Assembly: GCA_000091205.1 (NCBI GenBank)
Contig: AP006500.2
DNA: 64,000 bases
DNA from: Cyanidioschyzon merolae
Taxonomy: Eukaryota
Strand: one strand, 5' to 3'
Shown here: positions 1 to 11,256 of the stretch, in pieces
Layout: each line of letters opens with the position of its first letter
Numbering within the stretch: the first letter of the stretch is position 1
Position numbers and translations under genes: made by a program
Notes under the pieces: model-generated
What the model was told of the DNA's origin: nothing
Databases searched by the model: none
Seen by the model: the letters and a program-made list of their open reading frames with translations, nothing else

Positions 1-483
1 GTGCATCATCGAGGTCAGCCGCATCACTGTCAGCATGCGTTCATGCGGCCCAGAGCGATGGTGTCTGATTGTGGTGCAAGCAAAAGTGGCCACGAAACCG
101 CCGGTCCAGATGTCAATACCATTTTATATCAGCCGATCAAGTCTGGAACTCGACATGCTTCATTCGCGCATGCTCGACATGTTGTCGCAGCTCTTGCGAC
201 ATCAATCTGCATACGCTTTCGTCAGTCTGTTCTGTGGATGCTCAGCGGATTTTTTAAGATAAAATGAGTTTCAACGTCGAAATCGAGGAAGCGACACTCC
301 ACCCAGCGCATCGAACAGCGCCCCCATGTTTCAGTCGGGTTCCGAGGCAACGACGCATCGCTGCCGGTCGTCTATCCAGGGCCGCAAACTCGGGTCGCGT
401 CCACGCGCAGACGACGCCGAAGCCCGCACGCCCCCCGACTGCCACCGCCATCTGGTGCATCGTGTTCCCGATGATCGTATCGT

Positions 484-2742
484 TTATGATCTGTCCAGGT
501 CTTCAGGAACGGCATTCGGATCGACTAAATTCAGAAAACTTGTATTGCTCGGGAGCCGTACAAGTGACCCCCAGCTCATTCGCTCGTTGCGTCGTAGAGG
601 TCGCGTCGACTGCTGCAGGGACACGTCATCGGTGTGATCTCGAGGCGCCGTACGCGGTGCGTGCTCGATAAACATCACATCCGTGTCCGTCGAGTGCGTG
701 CTCGCGTCCCGCGGCGCATCGCCCTTGCCTCTCGCAACGGGTGTCGCGTTCGGGTACGCACTCGCTGTTGATGCTTCTCCGTCGGTAGCGCGGAATGCCC
801 CGTGCTCGACGTGCTGCAGCATCTGAAGAAAACGATCCTCCTGAGTGTCGTTGATGGAACTGAGAAACATCCACGCCATCGGTGGTAGTTCATCTGTTGG
901 CTTGCCGGACAAGAGCTGCAGGATGCTTTGTGTCGAGCCGTTTCGCTGAATCGACAGTGTTCGCGGTGTCAGCGAACGCACAAGCGGAGAAAGCGTTGCC
1001 GAGCGATCCGGTAGCGCGCTCTGGGATGGCAGCAGGCTCGGAGCGTTCACTGGGTATGCTGAAGGTTGCAAGCCGCCCATGCCGCCTGGGTTTGCGACTA
1101 AATCCAGCTCGTCGATTGGCATGGTCACAGCAGCGGTTGCAGTTATCATGGGAGACGCCGTCTCCGGAGTCGGTGAAAAACTATTCACATGACGATCAGA
1201 GAGAACGGATGAAAAATACAAGGGCGATGAAGGTCCGGACCGTCGTTGCCACAAAGGGATCGACTCTCTGGCGGTATCGGGCACAGACTCGATGCCGGAG
1301 CTGTCTCCCGCGGGCGAACCGCGTAGCCTCCTGGTATGTAGCTGCACCTGAAGTAGATCCGCATAGTGCTTGACGCGCGGCTCACATTGCGGATCTTGGG
1401 CAAACGCTTCGAGGCCGCGCTGCAACAGATCCATATCCAATTCCATCGGGCGATACAGGTCTGCCGTTGCGAACGCACCGGCTCGGGAAGCTTGTTGTCC
1501 CGGAACGTATCCTCGATGATCATCACTGGGGGTCGGCGTATGCAAGCTAAGTTCGCTGGGAATCGGGTTGATGCCTTTGACCGGAGCCGGGTACCCCAGG
1601 CGCGTTGTCTCCGGCTCCCGCGTCGCATGTGGATTGAAGAGTGCGTCTTGGCTCCACGTCCGTCCGTATTCGAATTCCTGCAAATCATCCTCTTTCAGAA
1701 TACTCTCCAGTGCTTGGCTAGCCTGTTTGGGCGAAGGATGTTTCAGCTCTCCATCGGCTGCGTCGTCTCGTTGTGATTCTGCGCTTCGGGAGCGGCGTCC
1801 GGCACTACCATCCCCAGCAGTTTTTTGGCGAGCGCTCGAGCGACCGCGCGAGTTTGAGCGCGAACGGCGACCTCTTCCACCATCACTACGAGGGGAATAC
1901 GCGTCACTGCTCGCCAATTCGGGAATATCCAGGGAATCTGTACCCAAAAGCACCGCGAGTTCATCAGGAGCATCTCTTCCGTCCGTAGAGCTCATCGGAA
2001 CCGAGGCTGATTTTGGATCATCCTCTTCTGACTGGCCTTGCTCTTCAACGAGGAAGAGTTCGGTGCGGCGTTGAGTCGCGCTCTCATCCAACGACCGTCG
2101 CCGACGGCCTTTCTTTCGGGATGTCTCGTTCTCTCTGCCCACGGATCGCTCAAATTCCTTGTATCCAGCGGATTGGTCCGTCGTAATCCCTGGTTTCCCG
2201 TCCACACTACTGGCGGAGTCCACGCTGGTGCGCTGCAGGACATCGAGAAGGCTCTGCGATCGAAACTGGTCCCTGGCGGCATCGATCGCCACCATCGGGA
2301 TTCGCATGCCCGTCTGAGAGTCCACTTGTTGGGAGAGAATGAAATATTCCCATATTTGGTCGTTGCTGAGCTGAACATCCCCATTCACAAAGTTCAGAAC
2401 CAGCTTTGCGGCCTCTCGTGCAAGGCGCAGGTAGTATTTCTGGGCGTGTGTGCGCACCTGAGTTGCCGTTCGGGTTGCGACATGCTCCGCAATCGAGCGC
2501 ACATCTTTGAACCCGTAGAGCTCCAGCGCTTGCAAAAAACGCAAGTGCTCTTGCTCGGACCAGTAACGTGGTTGCGGTGTGAGCGCTCCGGAACTTGTTT
2601 TCGCGGTCGCTTTCATTCGCGCGTTCGCTTTCCGGTTCGTTGGGAGCTGTGAGGAATGAGCAGACTCTCCAAATCGACTAGTACAAGTTGCAGCACGTGG
2701 AAAAACTGCAGCTACGGCACAAGCACTGCCAGAAATATCCAT
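484..2742 (-). CDS. MYB-related transcription factor with a single SHAQKYF-type Myb/SANT repeat (CCA1/RVE-like); long low-complexity C-terminal region
   Basis: The ORF translation contains WSEQEHLRFLQALELYGFKDVRSIAEHVATRTATQVRTHAQKYYLR, a Myb/SANT repeat with the THAQKY(Y/F) signature of the SHAQKYF class. The rest is Ser/Arg/Asp-rich low complexity. The true start may be the internal Met (MKATAK...). The overlapping antisense ORFs are ignored. Confidence 0.55.
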   Translation of the reverse strand: MDISGSACAVAAVFPRAATCTSRFGESAHSSQLPTNRKANARMKATAKTSSGALTPQPRYWSEQEHLRFLQALELYGFKDVRSIAEHVATRTATQVRTHAQKYYLRLAREAAKLVLNFVNGDVQLSNDQIWEYFILSQQVDSQTGMRIPMVAIDAARDQFRSQSLLDVLQRTSVDSASSVDGKPGITTDQSAGYKEFERSVGRENETSRKKGRRRRSLDESATQRRTELFLVEEQGQSEEDDPKSASVPMSSTDGRDAPDELAVLLGTDSLDIPELASSDAYSPRSDGGRGRRSRSNSRGRSSARQKTAGDGSAGRRSRSAESQRDDAADGELKHPSPKQASQALESILKEDDLQEFEYGRTWSQDALFNPHATREPETTRLGYPAPVKGINPIPSELSLHTPTPSDDHRGYVPGQQASRAGAFATADLYRPMELDMDLLQRGLEAFAQDPQCEPRVKHYADLLQVQLHTRRLRGSPAGDSSGIESVPDTARESIPLWQRRSGPSSPLYFSSVLSDRHVNSFSPTPETASPMITATAAVTMPIDELDLVANPGGMGGLQPSAYPVNAPSLLPSQSALPDRSATLSPLVRSLTPRTLSIQRNGSTQSILQLLSGKPTDELPPMAWMFLSSINDTQEDRFLQMLQHVEHGAFRATDGEASTASAYPNATPVARGKGDAPRDASTHSTDTDVMFIEHAPRTAPRDHTDDVSLQQSTRPLRRNERMSWGSLVRLPSNTSFLNLVDPNAVPEDLDRS

Positions 2743-4651
2743 AACAAGCGTTTTTCACGTCGAGGTGCTCCAGTTACCTTTTCGCCTCGTTGGAGCACGA
2801 GCACCCGTGAACCGCGGACCGGAAGGCACGTCTCGGAACAGCGCTGTTGCTTACCTCTAAATCACGAAGCCGTCGTTGCTATATACAGAAGACGAGCTCG
2901 TCGACCAGTAAGGCTAACGCTGGCAAACTCGTCGATAGGCAGGCTGCGGCCTTACTCCGGGGAACCGAAAAGCCTACGTTCAGGGGCTTCTCTACCCAGT
3001 TCTTCCGGACTCTGCAGTTCTTAAAAGTGCTCCCCACAGTTAGTACTCTGTGCAGTGAGCGCTGGTTCCCAGTACTGCTTCCTGGCAACCGAAACGCGCT
3101 CAGTAGCAGGCGAACTTGCCAACGAGTCCAGGCAACTGGATATTGCCTTGTGGCGGTATCAGGAACAGCGCTTCGCGGATGGCTATGCTCGATCGTCCCG
3201 TTGGCGTCACGTGCGTTTCGCGATCCGCGCCAGGGATTCCCTTATTTGCATGGTCAGGGCGCAGCGATGGCCAATGGCGATTCGATCTGTACAGACGCCA
3301 CGTCAATTGTCCCTTTAGGTACAAAATGATACGCATTGTGGGGTGTGCATCTGTGTTGCATGGTGGCAGAGGGCCGGCGGCAACTGCCGCCTCGAGGTCG
3401 TCTGCCCAGATTCATGGAACGTCGGCTCTGCTGGCCCCGGCGGTCTCCGTGGCGTCACCAGGTGCCTCCAAGTAGCCATGTGGTTGATCAGGAACTAGGT
3501 CGCGGTGACACCGCTCGTTCTGCCCGGCGATTGCTCCGCAATGTGCCAAGAATCGTAACCGCCTGCACTATATAGCGAGGGAGCCGCAAGAAGCGCCCGC
3601 GGCAGTGCTTATCATCAAGTGTGAATGATCGAGGAGAGCAACTGATGCTATCTCAGGTACAAGCTCTATAATCGGATGACTAGAAGTTCAGTTCCGTGAT
3701 CGCTTGAGCGTGAGAACGTTTTCCAACCTGGCCGTTGCGTGGCACTTACGCGCACCCTACCCTCGTATCGGGCTGAAGACGTCGCGCAAACGCAAATGAA
3801 TGGGTCCCTGTTGGGCACGACAGAGCGGTGCCTTGTGATTACACGCGGGCTCTTGAGCGATTTCGCTCGATCCAGCGTTCATAATGCTAGCATCTTGGGC
3901 ATTCAGCAGCCGACAAGGCACCAGGTGTGCGTCATGCACGCGTCATCGCAACTGTTGAGCCGTATTTTCTGCATCTGAACGCCTGAGCACCAGTTCAACA
4001 CCACAGGTGGCGTTTCGCGGTGGCGGCATGCACCAGCGACTACGCAGATTCCCCGATAGAAACCGCCATGCGCTGTCGAGAGCCCCGCTGCACGGCATTG
4101 GCGCGAACGGCGGCCTGCAGTCAGTGTTGCGAATGCAGCGCAGCACGTAACCAACAGCAGTTTCCATAATCAACGAAACAAGCGCTACCTCCAGATTCGG
4201 GACATGATTCAGAGCCCAGGATCCAATGAAGGCAGCAACGAGCAGGGTTTTGGTGCCGTGGAGCCTTCGCGCCAGCAGCCAAGGCATCCGCCTGGCAGCG
4301 ATGACAACCGCAGAGAGGCGTCGAGCCCCGCGAGCAGCATCAGAACCGGACAATAACGAACTTAAATACCAATAGGTATACAGATTGGCACGCGCCGCAC
4401 CATCCGTAAGGCTTCTGGACAACGAATCGATTCTATAAAGTAATTTCCCTTACCGACAGAAAGTCTGCACAATTTAGGACACATCGATCACCAGCATCGA
4501 AACGACGTTTGGACGCCTCGCAGGCCCGCCGCGGTTGCAGCGCAGGCGACGGGCGCGCACCGAAGAACGGCCGTCGACCGAGCGCGCGCACTGGGCGGCG
4601 CACTGAGGGCGTCACGCGGCATGCTCGCCAGCGAGCAACCAGCACAAGAAC

Positions 4652-7600
4652 GTGGTGGTGTGGTTTTCGGTAGGCGCCGGCGTCCTCGACCAGGGCGAGC
4701 GGGTGTTCATGATGGAGGCAGAGGAGAGTTACACGGAGTGGAAGCGCCTCCTGGAACGCGCTGTAGCGCTGGAGGCTCAGTTGTTTAGCGAACGAACTCA
4801 GGGAGGTTTCGCAGGCGAGTCTTTCGCGGCGGGAGTGCCAGCCAGCCACGAGAAGCTGGACCCGTTCCTGAAACCGCGCTTTCCGCCGGCGTATCGTAAC
4901 CTGAATCAGCTGGAGAGCGAGTCACAGAGACTGTTGAAGCAAACAGGTGCCACCGAGGCAGGCGCCGAGAGTTCCTTTGCAGGCACGTCGACGGAGCACG
5001 CACGTGCGCACGCTTTGCTGGCCCAGCGCGGCTTTGATCCAGATCGCATCGAACTCCAGGCGAAGCAGGTTGATTTGGTTGAAGATGTCGAGTATCTGGA
5101 GCCGTTTGCTGAGACCGACCTCGATACTTGGCTTCGGCTGCAGCACGAATGGGCGGTTTTAGAGCTTTGCGAGCTCGCCCGACATCGTACCGATTCCGCT
5201 GCCGAGGCGCTCTGGGAAGATCATGCAGCAGCTTCATGGGAACAACGTCGGAAACAGCTATTAAGCCTTCTGGGTAGTAGCACCGATGCGCTGAATCTGC
5301 GTGATATCCTAAGCTACACCGGGGGATCGGTCGACGCACGTAACCTTCGAAGTCGCACCCAGAGCCGAGCACGATCCGCATCGCCTTCAGGCGCGGAGAC
5401 AAGTCAGCGAACACCGGTGCAGTTAGATCGACGGGCGCGAGAACACCCTGAGCGCCAAGAGAGCAGCGAGCCGCACTCAGGTTTTGAGCGCGAATGTGCA
5501 GCCCTGGTCCTCGCTCTAGTTCGCCAGGCACCGGATAGTAGATCGCAGCTCTCTGAATCCGCGCACATCACGCAGTGGAGTGGTCTGGATATCAGCACTT
5601 TTTTGAGCGGCCAGGTGGCCACGTCTGTAGTTGGCGCTGCGGACTTGTCGACGGACCTCGTTGCGTTGAGGTTTGCACGAGCCGCGCGTAAATGGTCCCA
5701 GGTACGCACTGCGGCAAGTTGGCCGCATGTGTCCTACTCCGAAGCATGCTACGAAATTCTCTGTGCTATGCTTGGAGAAGGCGATCTCACCGCGACTCTC
5801 ACGAGGCCAGATTCGTTTGCCCGAAAGCAACCATTGACGCATGAATACGGCCCGTTCCGCGCACCTGCAGAAGGCATGCTTCGACCAAGTCGAGGGCACC
5901 GCCTTCGTTTCGTCTGCGGTGCACTTGACTGGCTTCAGAGGCAATTTCACCAACGCAAGCTGCGCCTCTCCATTGAACGCGAACCAGAAATGGCAGCACT
6001 CGGTGGCAAAACCGGCACACTAGCAGAAGTCCGTGCGTACCTGCGGGTCATGGAGGCTGGAACGATGGCGGTATCGCGACCGACGGGCTGGCTGACTGAG
6101 GATCCTTTTGCGGAGATCTATTACTGTCTGCGGTGCGGTGACATTGGGGCGGCTGTAGAAGCGGCCAAAGATTGGCTCTCCCCAGAAGGCAAACACTACT
6201 CCGGCGATGATCTACCTCGGTTCCTGACCTATCTAGAAAGTTTCGAGCAGAGCGCTCGTCGTCGATGGCAAGCTATTCGCCGCGCAAACGGTGGACCAGG
6301 TCCGTCCGAAGCGGGGTCGACTTCACAAGCGTTCGAGCTAAGGGGCCTGCGGGGCTCCGTCAAGGCAACGATGCTGTCACAAATGATCCACGACTACGGA
6401 TTATTTGTGCACAAGTCGCAGCTCCGATCTGGATACCGAGACTGGAGTGTCGCTTGGAACGCTAATGCCCAAGAGGAGCAACACCGTTTGGTAGAGCGCG
6501 ACATATTCAAGCGCGTCTGCTACGTGCTCATAGGACGTTTCAACAGCGCGGCACCAGAAGGAATGGAGTTGCTCGATATGGATTACGACGTGCTGTTTGC
6601 ATCCATCGAGGACTATCTCTGGATGCGTCTGTGGACATGCCGTCTCAGTGTCGATGAATGCGATGGAGAGCTTGGCTTCATTTCGTCGGAGCGCTCAGGT
6701 ATCGATGAAGAGACGCTCGCCGATGAGCGCTTGCCTCCGGAGATGAGCACGCTGGAGCTTCCACTGGATGCCGTCCAAGAGGAGATGCGCCAGTTCGGAT
6801 CGGCCCATTTTGACCCGCACGGTAATCGACCGCACTTCTACGCGATGATTCTGCTATTGACGTGTCAGTTTGAGGCAGCGCTGACCTATCTGGTGTACAA
6901 CGGTGTTGTGCGGGCGAGCGCGAGTGCCCTGACGCAGGACCCTCTGGTAGATGCGGTTCACCTCGGCCTGATCCTGAACTATTATGGTGCGCTCACCGAG
7001 TACGTACAACAGGATTCAGATCTTGTTCTCTACGACTATGCCGCAATTTTATGGCGCTACCTTCAGCGAGAGCAACGTGAAGTCTCTCTGGCCAAGGCCG
7101 ACCCTACTGCTGCTGCGGCCTACCTCATGACCATTCGCGATGCGGAACAGCGTTTCGCGTGTCTCTGCAAACTCGTCACCACGACCCGGGAGTTCTCGCT
7201 CCTGCTTGGTGCGATGATTCCCGGGACGTTACGACGACGCCCCGGGGTTATCGAACGACTCGAGCGCACTGCCTATACGACGCGGCAGCTTGCAGGCACT
7301 GCTGCAGAATGGGCTCGCGTTGCTTACGCTTGTGCAGAGTCGTGCGAAATAACCGGGGACGTTATCCACGCTGCAATGCTCTTCGAGCTAGCAGGTGATT
7401 TGAATCGAGTGATGTCGATCTTGATTCGAGCGCTCTGCTCCACGTATCTGGATCATCGCTTCTACCAGAATCGTCTACCACAGCCGGTGGATATGGAGCG
7501 CCAGCAACTGGAGCTGGCGAAGCAAGCGCAGTCCATATACGAAAAATACGAGCACGAAGGTGTCCTCAGTAGGCGTGAAGAAGATGGTGGACACAGGAGC

Positions 7601-8143
7601 TCCGATCAACAGACGAGTGCGCGTTTAAGTCGTTCGCTGGCGGTCGCGCTAAAGCTCGCGCGCTTTATTGCGCTCGTTTACGATGAAGCGCAAGACGACT
7701 CTGACCCAGACTCGTCTGCGGTTTCCCGAAAAAGCGTTGAGGAGAGATACGAAGCTGCGCTGGAGCTTCAGAAACAGCTTGGCCTGCTGCCTTTCTCTCG
7801 TTCGCAACTTACGGCAAAGGTAGAAGCACTTCGTCCAGGTGCAGTCTACGAGGACGCTCTTGTAGAACGCCTGCCAGTTGTGGTTCTTACGCTCATGCGT
7901 GTCGTGCATGTCCTCTACGAGAACACGAAAACTGCTTTGCGTACTGGTATCCCACACAAGTCGCCCGCGGAGCAAGCGCGTCCAAGCGAGCGCACCGTTT
8001 TAGCTTGGCGTTCTAGTATGGAGCAGCGCCTCGCTGAACTGAAAGAAATCGCTAGCACCCTGGTTACGTTCAGTGGTATGATACCCTTTATGACTGCAGC
8101 AGAGACGTCAGAGCTGGTGCGCTTGGAAATGACGCTCACGTGA
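4652..8143 (+). CDS. Nucleoporin Nup93/Nic96 family
   Basis: The 1163-aa ORF has a C-terminal alpha-solenoid with the stretch HFYAMILLLTCQFEAALTYLVYNGVVRASASAL, which I recall as characteristic of Nic96/Nup93. The call rests on that recalled family motif and has not been searched. Confidence 0.65.
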   Translation: MVVWFSVGAGVLDQGERVFMMEAEESYTEWKRLLERAVALEAQLFSERTQGGFAGESFAAGVPASHEKLDPFLKPRFPPAYRNLNQLESESQRLLKQTGATEAGAESSFAGTSTEHARAHALLAQRGFDPDRIELQAKQVDLVEDVEYLEPFAETDLDTWLRLQHEWAVLELCELARHRTDSAAEALWEDHAAASWEQRRKQLLSLLGSSTDALNLRDILSYTGGSVDARNLRSRTQSRARSASPSGAETSQRTPVQLDRRAREHPERQESSEPHSGFERECAALVLALVRQAPDSRSQLSESAHITQWSGLDISTFLSGQVATSVVGAADLSTDLVALRFARAARKWSQVRTAASWPHVSYSEACYEILCAMLGEGDLTATLTRPDSFARKQPLTHEYGPFRAPAEGMLRPSRGHRLRFVCGALDWLQRQFHQRKLRLSIEREPEMAALGGKTGTLAEVRAYLRVMEAGTMAVSRPTGWLTEDPFAEIYYCLRCGDIGAAVEAAKDWLSPEGKHYSGDDLPRFLTYLESFEQSARRRWQAIRRANGGPGPSEAGSTSQAFELRGLRGSVKATMLSQMIHDYGLFVHKSQLRSGYRDWSVAWNANAQEEQHRLVERDIFKRVCYVLIGRFNSAAPEGMELLDMDYDVLFASIEDYLWMRLWTCRLSVDECDGELGFISSERSGIDEETLADERLPPEMSTLELPLDAVQEEMRQFGSAHFDPHGNRPHFYAMILLLTCQFEAALTYLVYNGVVRASASALTQDPLVDAVHLGLILNYYGALTEYVQQDSDLVLYDYAAILWRYLQREQREVSLAKADPTAAAAYLMTIRDAEQRFACLCKLVTTTREFSLLLGAMIPGTLRRRPGVIERLERTAYTTRQLAGTAAEWARVAYACAESCEITGDVIHAAMLFELAGDLNRVMSILIRALCSTYLDHRFYQNRLPQPVDMERQQLELAKQAQSIYEKYEHEGVLSRREEDGGHRSSDQQTSARLSRSLAVALKLARFIALVYDEAQDDSDPDSSAVSRKSVEERYEAALELQKQLGLLPFSRSQLTAKVEALRPGAVYEDALVERLPVVVLTLMRVVHVLYENTKTALRTGIPHKSPAEQARPSERTVLAWRSSMEQRLAELKEIASTLVTFSGMIPFMTAAETSELVRLEMTLT

Positions 8144-8410
8144 ATCCGACTTGAGTATCGGCCAGCAGTTGGACGTGGACACTGCGTCGGATACGTGCAT
8201 CGAGACAGTATAAGCATTCCCTTACGACTCACAAGCGTATGCCGCTGGTCCCGGACGGAGACGTGTTCCGGTCTGGGTAGAATCACACGAGCGCAGCTGC
8301 AGCAGGTTCCCCAGTCGGTGATCTCTGCACGTTAGATTCATCTGTGGATGAGAGTATCCTATGGATCCTCAGGGATATACGCAGATCGCGTAGGGTAAAC
8401 GCATTTATTC

Positions 8411-10375
8411 TTGATGGTGCATTGCACGATAGAAACGTATTCATGTGATGCGTATGCCGTTCTTGCATTTGTACGCGAATCTTACCTCGCTGATGGTGGA
8501 ACGTTTAAGCATATGAGAAGGAACGCTGCTCTCCTCGCTCGTTACAGTCATCACTCGGTGCTTGGGAAAGCATCCGGTTCGATTCACCGGTATCCCGTCA
8601 GTGCAAGTCGTGGTACTCGCATTGCTCGTTACTGTCATCACTCGGTGCTTGGGAAAGCATCCGGTTCGATTCACCGGTATTCCGTCAGTGCAAGTCGTGG
8701 TACTCGCATTGCTCGTTACTGTCATCACTCGGTGCTTGGGAAAGCATCCGGTTCGATTCACCGGTATTCCGTCAGTGCAAGTCGCATTGCGATCTGCAGG
8801 AGCGGCATGGCGAGATGTTCGCGTCCAGCATCGCGATACGGCAAACACCTGAACAAAACGATTCGTGAACAGTTTATTTTCAATAGTTTCAGAGCAATGG
8901 AACGTTCTTTTAACGGATATATTCAATATATTGATGACTACAGCCATGAGCCTGTGAATCAAAGGCGATATGACTTGCTCGTTGTTCAGAAAGAGCAACC
9001 GTTCAACGCAGAGCCAAAAGCTCCGCTACTGGTTCAGCACCACGTGACTCCAACGGAGCGCTTCTATGTGCGTAGCCACGGTCCAGTGCCAGCTTGTCCC
9101 GACAGTACACGTTTCCGTCTGGTTGTAGACGTGTCGCTGGCGCTCGAGCACTGTCAAAGTGGTGCGCAAGATAACCAAAAGCGGCCGGGTCAGCTGCAGT
9201 GGAGTCTCGAGACGCTTCGGGAGAAGTTCAAGTTTACGGAAGTGGAAGCTTGTCTCCAGTGCGCTGGCAACCGCCGCACTGAACTTGTGGATCGAACGAA
9301 ACGACCCGTGAAAGGCGTAGGTTGGCATCAAAGCGCCATCGGAAACGCTCGCTGGGGAGGGTTCCTGCTCGCCGACCTGCTGCGTTTCTCGCTGCACCAA
9401 GCGGGCCTGACGGACGACGCACAGCTCGCACAAGTTCCTTGCGATGTTTGTATCGAAATGGAGGGCGCGGATTGGGTCCCAGAAGAGGAATACCGACGGA
9501 AGCATCGTGACACGCCCCCACCAGGCTACATGGCGTCTCTCCCGTGGTCCATGGTCATGGGTGATGGCTCCAGCGGGCACGCGGTGCCTCCCGTGCTGCT
9601 GGCAACGCACATGAATGGTGCTCCGTTGACTGCAGACCACGGGTACCCGCTGCGCTGTGTCGCCCCCGGAATCTATGGAGCTCGCTCCGTGAAATGGTTA
9701 TGGCGGATTGGGCTCAGACGCGGACATTCTGACGGTTACTTTGTGGAGCGCGACTATAAGGTTTTCTCACCAGCTGTGGACGCAGCATACGTGCGATGGG
9801 ATAGTGCGCCTCCACTCCTGGAAGTCAATGTGCAGTGTGCAGCATGCGTGCCAGCAGAGCGAGCTTGGAAGTTGTGGACCTCCAAGGCTGACCGCCACCC
9901 GCCAGGCACCGCCTCAAGTCTGGTGGTGCCGCTCTGGGGCTATGCGTTCAGTGGCGGTGGACGGCGAATCATTCGCGTCGATATCAGCGGTGATGCCGGT
10001 GCAACATGGACCGTCGCACAGCTCATATTCGGTGAAAAGGGCGCGCACCATGCGATCAGAGCGGAGTCCGCACGAGTAGCAGACGACACCGATGAAGCAC
10101 ACAATCTCTATACACCAGGATTGGAGCCTTTCCGGGTACGTCCACTCGATACCGAGCGTCCGATTGCGAACGATGCCCATCGCTATGCCTGGTGTCGCTG
10201 GTACGCGAAGCTAGCGATTCAGCCGCCGTGTGAGGTCTGGTGCCGCGCCGTCGACGAGTCTGCGAATACGCAGCCCGACGACGTGCGGGCCTGTTGGAAC
10301 TTTCGAGGGGTTGCACACAACTCCGTATATCGAATCCGAGTGGAATCGGATGACGGACCACGATCGCGGCTGTAA
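8411..10375 (+). CDS. Sulfite oxidase-type molybdopterin oxidoreductase (Moco-binding plus dimerisation domains)
   Basis: It contains QPFNAEP...FYVRSHGPVP, LQCAGNRRTELVDRTKRPVKGVGWHQSAIGNARWGGFLLADLL and CVAPGIYGARSVKWL, which match the Oxidored_molyb signature of sulfite oxidase including the CAGNRR motif. The conserved domain starts just after the Met at nt 8897 (MERSFNGY...), so the CDS is probably 8897..10375. The 5' part of the ORF (8411-8896) is the 87-bp tandem repeat and may be 5'UTR. Confidence 0.85.
   Translation: MMVHCTIETYSCDAYAVLAFVRESYLADGGTFKHMRRNAALLARYSHHSVLGKASGSIHRYPVSASRGTRIARYCHHSVLGKASGSIHRYSVSASRGTRIARYCHHSVLGKASGSIHRYSVSASRIAICRSGMARCSRPASRYGKHLNKTIREQFIFNSFRAMERSFNGYIQYIDDYSHEPVNQRRYDLLVVQKEQPFNAEPKAPLLVQHHVTPTERFYVRSHGPVPACPDSTRFRLVVDVSLALEHCQSGAQDNQKRPGQLQWSLETLREKFKFTEVEACLQCAGNRRTELVDRTKRPVKGVGWHQSAIGNARWGGFLLADLLRFSLHQAGLTDDAQLAQVPCDVCIEMEGADWVPEEEYRRKHRDTPPPGYMASLPWSMVMGDGSSGHAVPPVLLATHMNGAPLTADHGYPLRCVAPGIYGARSVKWLWRIGLRRGHSDGYFVERDYKVFSPAVDAAYVRWDSAPPLLEVNVQCAACVPAERAWKLWTSKADRHPPGTASSLVVPLWGYAFSGGGRRIIRVDISGDAGATWTVAQLIFGEKGAHHAIRAESARVADDTDEAHNLYTPGLEPFRVRPLDTERPIANDAHRYAWCRWYAKLAIQPPCEVWCRAVDESANTQPDDVRACWNFRGVAHNSVYRIRVESDDGPRSRL
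8538..8800. repeat. Tandem repeat, 87-bp unit, about 3 copies (unit begins ctcgttac[a/t]gtcatcactcggtgcttgggaaagcatccggttcgattcaccgg...)
   Basis: Direct reading shows unit starts at 8538, 8625 and 8712 with one or two mismatches per unit. The unit is 29 codons and is in frame with the downstream sulfite-oxidase ORF, where it would encode RYxHHSVLGKASGSIHRYxVSASRGTRIA x3. Confidence 0.9.
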
Positions 10376-11229
10376 GCGACGTTCATCTAGGATGCGCACC
10401 AGCAGAAGTTTTATCCTCGAACGGAACGCGTCCACGTTGACGCCAGTGTACTGTGCAGCGCGTGGTCGAGCAAACGGCGCCATATCTCTCGAAACTGCGG
10501 ATATGCATTGAACAGCGCCCTACAGCGTTTTGTCTACATGTTACCCAGTGATTTTCTTGTGAGCACGCTGGCGCTTGGTAAGCTTAAAGTGGATGTTTCG
10601 TTGGCGCCGCGTTCTGACTCCGTCGACGTGAGGAGATGGCAGGCATCCCTGTGACGAGAGGCTTTTCCCACGACGCTATGTACACTCCGCATACCTGGTT
10701 TTCAGTAGCGAATCGAGCTTGATCGGAATGTCAAGTGCAAAATTTCAGTCAAACGGAGACATAGATACGATGTGATGCAATCGAATCGGTACTCCTTGGG
10801 CATTTGTGAAACGCATTTCCAGTCCGGGATCGGTTATGAGGTAAACCTGTCGAGATTTAGGTATGGGTAAGAGTACTTGTTTTTGTCTTGAAGAGGAGAA
10901 CGCTTCAAAGCTTGATCGAATCGTTCCAACGAATCACTGGATTCCTCGCTGTGAGGATCGCTCAGTTCACACCTGAGTGCAAGCACGCCATCGTCAAATG
11001 CCACGTCGTCGGTCCCTGCGTACAAAGGATGAACCTTGCGAGGTCTGCAAAACTCAGGAACGAGCGTTTTCGGTTCTGAGACGCTCTAAGGTCCAAGAAT
11101 TGGACGCCTCTTCGCCATATGCATCACAACTGTACACACTGTCCGGTAAGAGAGTACACGCGCAAAATGAAGCCTGGCAAGTCGCTCGCCTCAGCTACAA
11201 CGCCACCCACACCTGCCGATGCATCGTCG

Positions 11230-11256
11230 TTGTCGTGGTGGTGGTGGTGGTGCCGC
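11230..11256. repeat. (GTG)n microsatellite
   Basis: The sequence gtcgtggtggtggtggtggtgccg is seen directly in the convergent 3' intergenic region between the sulfite-oxidase-type gene and DDI1. Confidence 0.9.

Noticed and set aside
882-2652. Several 130-200-aa plus-strand ORFs (882..1373, 1568..2074, 2038..2652) and similar antisense ORFs inside Nup93, eEFSec, POP1 and the EgtB-like gene
   Set aside because: They are antisense to long genes that carry recognisable domains. High GC keeps the non-coding frames open.
8560-8600. tRNA-like T-arm (ccggt-tcgattc-accgg, resembling GGTTCGAnTCC) inside each 87-bp repeat unit
   Set aside because: No complementary acceptor-stem halves, D-arm or anticodon arm can be drawn around it. 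It is just a hairpin within the tandem repeat.
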